Of a stretch of DNA of 64,000 nt, positions 59,375 through 64,000 are shown piece by piece. Positions within the stretch are counted from its first letter, which is position 1. Every line of letters starts with the position of its first letter. Under the pieces are notes generated by a model. The model saw only the letters and a program-made list of their open reading frames with translations, did no database searches and was not told where the DNA came from. The stretch is from Gammaproteobacteria bacterium (GTDB lineage Bacteria > Pseudomonadota > Gammaproteobacteria > Steroidobacterales > Steroidobacteraceae): assembly GCA_037200125.1 (NCBI GenBank), contig JBBCGS010000002.1, positions 763,488-827,487 of the forward strand, written 5' to 3'. A program made the translations under genes and the position numbers.

Positions 59375-60742
59375 TCAGCGAGCGTCGGCAACGAGCGCCG
59401 AAGAGCCAGCGTTCGCTTCCGTTGCGGACGTCAACTGCGCGGGCGCCTTCTCGGCGAGCAACTGCTCGATGCGGCCCGAGAACTCCTTCTTCAGCTGGGC
59501 ATGGAACTCACCGCTCGCGGGGGACGCGAAACCCGCATGCACCGCACGGACCGTGCCGTCACGTCCAACGAACACTGTCGCGGGCCACGTGTTGAGATTC
59601 ACGAGCTGCGGCACCTTCTCCCACATCTCCGCCGGCGCGCCGGCGATGAGGTACGGATACTTCACCCCATACTGCTTCACGAACGCGTGCACGCGGGTGA
59701 GCGAGTCCTGCTGCTCGGCTTCCTCGAAGTCCAACGCGACGATGGCCAGGCCCTTCTCGCGATACTTCTTGTCGAGCTGCACGAGGTATTGCGCCTCATC
59801 GTGGCAATTCGGGCACCAGGTACCGGTCACGATCGCAACGATCACTTTGCCTTTGAACTGCGGATCGTCGCTCGAGACCGGCTTGCCATTCACATCCTTG
59901 AAGTTGAAGGCGAACTTCTCGTTCGGGTCACGCGCCGTGGTGTGCGTCAGATAGTTGGCGGGCTCCGGGAAACCCTTCGCGCGCGCGACTTCCGTGCGGT
60001 AGGCAACGAGCTTGGAGGCATAACGACCGTCCGGAGCCGATTCGCCATACGCCTTTTCGCCGCCGCTCTTGGTCTCGGCCGTCTGCTGCGGGCGGTCCAC
60101 CCGCTGCTGAATTTCCAGTGTGCCCTCCTTCCCCGGCGTGACGACGATGACACCCGGACGTGAGCCGTCGAAGTGACTCAGCACCCACTTGCCGTCCTTG
60201 AACGTTCCGCTGTACGCGCCTGTGTCGCCATCGACGCGCAGGATCGAGGCCGCGACCTCGGCACCCTTCTGGTCGACGATGAGGCGGAAGGCCTTCTCGC
60301 CTTTCGAAGATGGCGCCTCGAGCGGGATCTCCCACGAACCCGCGATCGCGGGCGCGTTGACCGCGGCGGGCGGCGCATCCACATGAGGCGCGGCAACGAA
60401 TTTGTAGTCGGCGCGATTCTCGCGGTTCTGCGCGACGACGGTTCCGACGAGCTTGCCGTCTTCGAATTTCGCCGAGATCGTCGTGAGATAGTGCTCGATG
60501 TTCAGCGTGAGCTGGCCATCCTTGAAGCTCGCGCTCGTGGTGTCTTCGTACGGGCGGAAGCCGTCGTACAGCGTGCCCTTGAGCGTCGGCCCCGATCCGG
60601 AGATATCGAGCCGGAACGGAATGACGTTGTCGCCCCGGACGAGCTGGGCATCCCAGCGGCCGTCGAGCTTGTCGGCGGCCATTGCCGCCGCGCTGCCGGA
60701 TGCAATGACTGCAAGCCCGGCGATCTTCAAGAAGGTTCTCAT
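59375..60742 (-). CDS. TlpA/ResA-family thioredoxin-fold fusion protein (paralogue 2)
   Basis: Same architecture as paralogue 1 and about 60% identical (GRWDAQLVRGDNVIPFRLDISGSGPTLKGTLYDGF...WCPNCHDEAQYLVQLDKKYREKGLAIVALDFEE). Start at MRTFLKIAGLAVIASGSAAAMA. Confidence 0.8.
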   Translation of the reverse strand: MRTFLKIAGLAVIASGSAAAMAADKLDGRWDAQLVRGDNVIPFRLDISGSGPTLKGTLYDGFRPYEDTTSASFKDGQLTLNIEHYLTTISAKFEDGKLVGTVVAQNRENRADYKFVAAPHVDAPPAAVNAPAIAGSWEIPLEAPSSKGEKAFRLIVDQKGAEVAASILRVDGDTGAYSGTFKDGKWVLSHFDGSRPGVIVVTPGKEGTLEIQQRVDRPQQTAETKSGGEKAYGESAPDGRYASKLVAYRTEVARAKGFPEPANYLTHTTARDPNEKFAFNFKDVNGKPVSSDDPQFKGKVIVAIVTGTWCPNCHDEAQYLVQLDKKYREKGLAIVALDFEEAEQQDSLTRVHAFVKQYGVKYPYLIAGAPAEMWEKVPQLVNLNTWPATVFVGRDGTVRAVHAGFASPASGEFHAQLKKEFSGRIEQLLAEKAPAQLTSATEANAGSSALVADAR

Positions 60743-62127
60743 TTCCGCGTTCCTCTCTGCTGCAAATGGTGTGATTGCGCGTAGTCCAGCCATTCCTGCG
60801 GAAGACCGGGCTTGGTCTCGAGCAGGATTTCGAGAATCGCCTGACGGTCCTGGGCCGACAGCGAATCGAAATCGGCGTCTTTGTCCCGCCCGCTCAGGAT
60901 CTCGAGCAGGCGGTGATACACGTAGGTCTTCGACGGTTCGGGCAGCTCGTCGAAGGCGTCCGAGTAGATGAGATAGCTGCACGGGTAGCGAAAGATCCGC
61001 GTGCTCAGGTCGAAGTCCCGTAGCGACCGGCCTTTCGAGTCGCGCGGCCCGCGTGCGGCGAACTCTCGCGCGAAGGCGGACGACGCGATGACACTCTTCG
61101 CATCGAGCGACGGAAGCTCCGTTTCGTTCGCGAACAGCAGATAGCGCAGCAGCTGTTCGGCGGGTCGCTCGAACTGCTTGCGGGTCGCTTCAGGCAGTGG
61201 CGCATCCGCGGACACCTGCGCAACCGCGCCCTCCGCCGAACCCGCCGCGGCGGATTGACCGGCCAACGCATGCAGCGCGATCCGCGTCTTGTAGTTGGTG
61301 AGCGTGACGAGGTTGTGCATCTGGGTCTGGTGCCCGAGCACCAGAAGCGCAACCGCATCGCTTCCCGGCGTGAGATACGCGGAAGCGTCGAAAGGCTTCT
61401 CCAGCGTCGTGAGCTTCACGTCCTTCCCCGAGGCCCCGTCGGGTGCGGTCGCGTTCGCCAGCGTGCCGTCCGCGAGCTTGCCGGTGACATACCAACCGCC
61501 CCAGCGCTGGTTGAACGGACTGTCCTGGTCCGTGATGTAAGTCGACGCGCCGGTCACCAGCGTGCCGGTGCCGGTCGGCTGTACCGATCGCACCAGAACT
61601 CCGGGAATCCCGCGCGTACCCGCGGCGATGTGGCACTGGGTGCAGTCGAGCTCGGCTCGCTCGAAGGCGGGCTTGTCGGCCTTCTGCTCGTGCAGCAGGT
61701 AAAAGATGGCGCCCTGGCGCGCGTCGAAGGAAACGATCTCGATCTCCTTGCCCTCGTGCACCGAGCCCACGTACACGTCGTCGTTGTAATAGAGCGCGCG
61801 CGGATGCTCGGGCGAGATCTTGGGATATTGAAAGCTGGTCTTCGAGAAGACGAGCGTCTGCGAGCTGACGGGAACATCCAGCAGCTTCAGCACGGACTTC
61901 AGATACCCGTGATCCTTCTCGTCATAGACGAGATCCGCCTTGCCCTGCTCCAGCTTCTTCCGCGCCTTCGCGACCGGATCGTTGATGTCGTCGGAGCGGT
62001 AGAAGATCGGCGCGTCGCTGTAGGGGATGTAACCCTGGTTCTTCACGGCGATCTGCGCAAACGCCGCCGGCAACGTGGCGAATGAGAGCGCGAGCGCCAA
62101 CCCGAGCCGCCTGAGTTTCAGGTTCAT
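60739..62127 (-). CDS. Secreted mono-haem c-type cytochrome-domain protein (about 460 aa) of unknown function
   Basis: Signal peptide MNLKLRRLGLALALSFATLPAAFAQ. Single CxxCH (CTQCH). Its stop overlaps the start of TlpA paralogue 2. Confidence 0.65.
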   Translation of the reverse strand: MNLKLRRLGLALALSFATLPAAFAQIAVKNQGYIPYSDAPIFYRSDDINDPVAKARKKLEQGKADLVYDEKDHGYLKSVLKLLDVPVSSQTLVFSKTSFQYPKISPEHPRALYYNDDVYVGSVHEGKEIEIVSFDARQGAIFYLLHEQKADKPAFERAELDCTQCHIAAGTRGIPGVLVRSVQPTGTGTLVTGASTYITDQDSPFNQRWGGWYVTGKLADGTLANATAPDGASGKDVKLTTLEKPFDASAYLTPGSDAVALLVLGHQTQMHNLVTLTNYKTRIALHALAGQSAAAGSAEGAVAQVSADAPLPEATRKQFERPAEQLLRYLLFANETELPSLDAKSVIASSAFAREFAARGPRDSKGRSLRDFDLSTRIFRYPCSYLIYSDAFDELPEPSKTYVYHRLLEILSGRDKDADFDSLSAQDRQAILEILLETKPGLPQEWLDYAQSHHLQQRGTRK

Positions 62128-62549
62128 CGCCACTTCCCCTCGAACGCCGGCGGGCTCGTCTGCCCCTGATGACAACTGCCGCAGGTCACCGGCACGGCAT
62201 AGCGGGCGTCGCCTCCGAGTTGGGCCAGATACTTCTCGTTGATGTCCGTGAGCATGGAAATCATGATCCGTGCGCTCTGCTTCCTCGGGTTCTCGTCGGA
62301 GGCGTAGTCGAGCTTCAGTGTCTGCGGGTTCTCCACATGACAGTGGCTACACTTGACGCCGAGATCCTGTTCGAAGCGCTTCATGAGCTTGCCGAGCTTC
62401 GCCGCCGAAAGATCCTTGGGCAGCACCTGGAGGTTCACCGGCTTCGACCGGGGAATCTCCTCGCTGCCCTCTTCCGAATACGCGGCCACGGCTGCACCGA
62501 ACGAAAGACAACTCAACGCTGCGAGAACAACCCCGCGATAGACAGTCAT
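62124..62549 (-). CDS. Small dihaem c-type cytochrome (about 140 aa)
   Basis: Signal peptide MTVYRGVVLAALSCLSFGAAVAA and two CxxCH motifs (CSHCH, CGSCH). ATGA overlap with the downstream gene. First gene of the minus-strand cluster. Confidence 0.7.
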   Translation of the reverse strand: MTVYRGVVLAALSCLSFGAAVAAYSEEGSEEIPRSKPVNLQVLPKDLSAAKLGKLMKRFEQDLGVKCSHCHVENPQTLKLDYASDENPRKQSARIMISMLTDINEKYLAQLGGDARYAVPVTCGSCHQGQTSPPAFEGKWR

Positions 62550-62705
62550 AGGCCCGCGATACTCGATGTCCTGACGCAGCGGCAATGTATGCAGCCGCGA
62601 CCGCACCGAACAAGACACAAATGACCTGAAACAGTGCTTTCGCTCATGACGCTTTCTCATGTGGCGAATCCGATTCGCGATGTGACCACAATGTCACTGC
62701 CCCGC

Positions 62706-63167
62706 TCAGAATGTGTATGCGCCTTTCACGTAGTAATAACCGCCGCTGATACCGAGAGGGCCGTTCGCATACTGTCCCGCCGCGAAGGGGAATCCCGCCT
62801 TTTGATACGCCGCCAGCAGGTTCGCGTTCACCTTGCCGGGGTACCGGTTGAACACGTTCTCCGCGCCCACGGTGAGCTTCAGCGATTTCAGCACCTCATA
62901 CCCGAGATCGATGTTCGTGACCGGAATGACGCCTGAACGCGTGGTGTAGAACGTGACGGTGCTTCCCGTGGTGGCGCCGTTGTCGCCCTGAACGACCTGT
63001 GTCGTGTCGTGCGCGATCTCGTGCAGGCCGATCGTGATCGGGCCGTGCGCCCACTGCGCGCCAAGATTGATGTTGTAGTTCGGCTGCGCGTCGCTCAGGC
63101 CCGAGAACGCGGTGGGATCGAGAACGGTGAGGCCCTGTGCCGCAAGCTGCGGCGGTGTGGCGCGCAC
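62706..63167 (-). pseudogene. C-terminal fragment (about 150 aa) of a TonB-dependent receptor
   Basis: Ends with the canonical barrel terminus ..LTVGAENVFNRYPG...YYVKGAYTF, but there is no plug or N-terminal barrel upstream. The next gene starts 130 bp away. Confidence 0.5.
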
Positions 63168-63297
63168 GCCCGGAACAGTCGTCTTGTTGTAGTTGGCCTT
63201 GAGAGACCAGTCGACTCCGCCGAGCCGATCGAAATCGGTCAGGACGTGGACCGCCGTCGTCGTCGCCGGACGCTGGTTGGGCCTGATCTAGGGAAAG

Positions 63298-64000
63298 CTA
63301 ATGAACGTGAGGGTAGCGTAGCTCTACGGCGTCCCGTTCGAGCTTCAATACCCGGCTCAGCGTCGCATCCGGAGCCAGATCGATCCCGTCGAGAAGCAGG
63401 CGTTGCCGCACAGGCGTCAACGCGGAATCGACGAAGACCGCGGCGAGCGCCGAACGAAGTTTAGCGAGCGTCCCCGCGCCGATCGTACGCGCGGTCACCA
63501 ACGGCAGGCACGGGCTCGGCGGCGTCCAGCCCAGCACTCGGATTTTGCGAGTCAGGGGAAGATCGATCCTCTGCAGGTGCGCGAACGTCACGCAGTCGAT
63601 TGCGGCGACATCGGCGTCGTTCGCCGCGATCATCTCGAGGCTGCGCCGATGCGAGCCGCTCACGACCACCGAATCGAAGAACCGCGCGCCCGCCGCGAGC
63701 GGCGCCAGCGCCGCGCGCAACAGGTTCATGCCGCTATTGGAGTCGAGCTCGTTGACCACACAGCGCCGCCCTCGCATGCCGGCGAGGGATCCGACCGGAT
63801 CCTCGGCGCGCACGACTATGGCGCTCTTATAAAGGATGCCCACGCAGCCTGGCGCCGAATAGCGCGGCGTGGCAACGATGATCAGATGCTCGTCGAACGA
63901 CTTCGCGAGCGGATACTCGCACGCTTGCGCGAGCAACAATTCGGGGTGACGCCAGACCGCCCGATGATCCAGATCACGGGTCAGGCTGCGTGGCACGTTT
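63298..64000 (-). CDS. PhnD/SsuA/transferrin-family periplasmic substrate-binding protein, N-terminus beyond window end
   Basis: ..VVSGSHRRSLEMIAANDADVAAIDCVTFAHL.. is the PhnD-like core. The ORF reaches the window edge with no upstream stop. Confidence 0.65.
   Translation of the reverse strand, partial: NVPRSLTRDLDHRAVWRHPELLLAQACEYPLAKSFDEHLIIVATPRYSAPGCVGILYKSAIVVRAEDPVGSLAGMRGRRCVVNELDSNSGMNLLRAALAPLAAGARFFDSVVVSGSHRRSLEMIAANDADVAAIDCVTFAHLQRIDLPLTRKIRVLGWTPPSPCLPLVTARTIGAGTLAKLRSALAAVFVDSALTPVRQRLLLDGIDLAPDATLSRVLKLERDAVELRYPHVH

Noticed and set aside
1-64000. CRISPR arrays, tRNA/rRNA genes, transposases/integrases, prophage genes
   Set aside because: I searched for spaced direct repeats, cloverleaf-like conserved tRNA motifs and recombinase-like ORFs and found none. 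The only tandem repeats are the short in-frame coding repeats and the 13-bp intergenic repeat already described.

Overview
This is a high-GC (about 65-68%), densely coding bacterial chromosomal segment, probably from a Gram-negative soil bacterium such as an Acidobacterium or a Xanthomonadales-like proteobacterium. It carries about 50 protein genes. I found no rRNA, tRNA, CRISPR array, transposase or integrase.

Gene content, in window order:
- 1-1.5 kb: a partial Tat-secreted amidase and an Xre(DUF2384)-RES toxin-antitoxin unit encoded as one fused ORF.
- 1.7-4.6 kb: a two-subunit molybdo-oxidoreductase, with a (2Fe-2S) small subunit and a Tat-exported large subunit of the IorAB/aldehyde-oxidase type.
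- 5.0-9.4 kb: a DMT transporter, then a TonB-dependent siderophore receptor followed by a PiuC-type Fe(II)/2OG dioxygenase.
- 9.4-9.9 kb: an LRAT/NlpC-P60-like protein.
- 10.0-15.1 kb: an MFS(DHA2) transporter, an AlsS-like TPP enzyme, an aldehyde dehydrogenase and a small His-rich protein.
- 15.2-18.5 kb: a hybrid sensor kinase with Cache, PAS, GAF, HisKA and receiver domains.
- 18.5-28 kb: a cluster built around an extracytoplasmic CobN-like chelatase. Its partners are a MotA/TolQ/ExbB-like protein, a DUF2149 protein, a polytopic membrane protein, a PD40/TolB-like beta-propeller and a divergently transcribed BtuB-like TonB-dependent receptor. This is the most interesting region.
- 28-38.4 kb: a Ni/Co homeostasis block. 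It holds a HupE/UreJ gene in an operon with a SurA-like chaperone and a dihaem cytochrome c. It also holds three consecutive SPFH/band-7 proteins, one with a 27-residue (His-Asp)n tract, translationally coupled to a short P1B-4-type heavy-metal ATPase, and cbtBA.
- 38.5-42 kb: a histidine-phosphatase-family protein, FtsH and a MarR regulator.
- 42.3-47.8 kb: a DUF1592-family cytochrome c, a DUF1552 protein and a secreted ankyrin protein in one operon.
- 47.8-52.9 kb: a ZIP transporter, a degenerate cytochrome-c-peroxidase-like gene, a CHRD protein and a gamma-glutamyltransferase.
- 53-62.6 kb: a co-directional cluster of a TonB-dependent receptor, two paralogous secreted proteins of unknown function, two tandem TlpA-thioredoxin fusion proteins and two c-type cytochromes.
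- 62.7-64 kb: a TonB-dependent-receptor fragment and a partial PhnD-like gene.

Several in-frame tandem repeats sit inside or between these genes.
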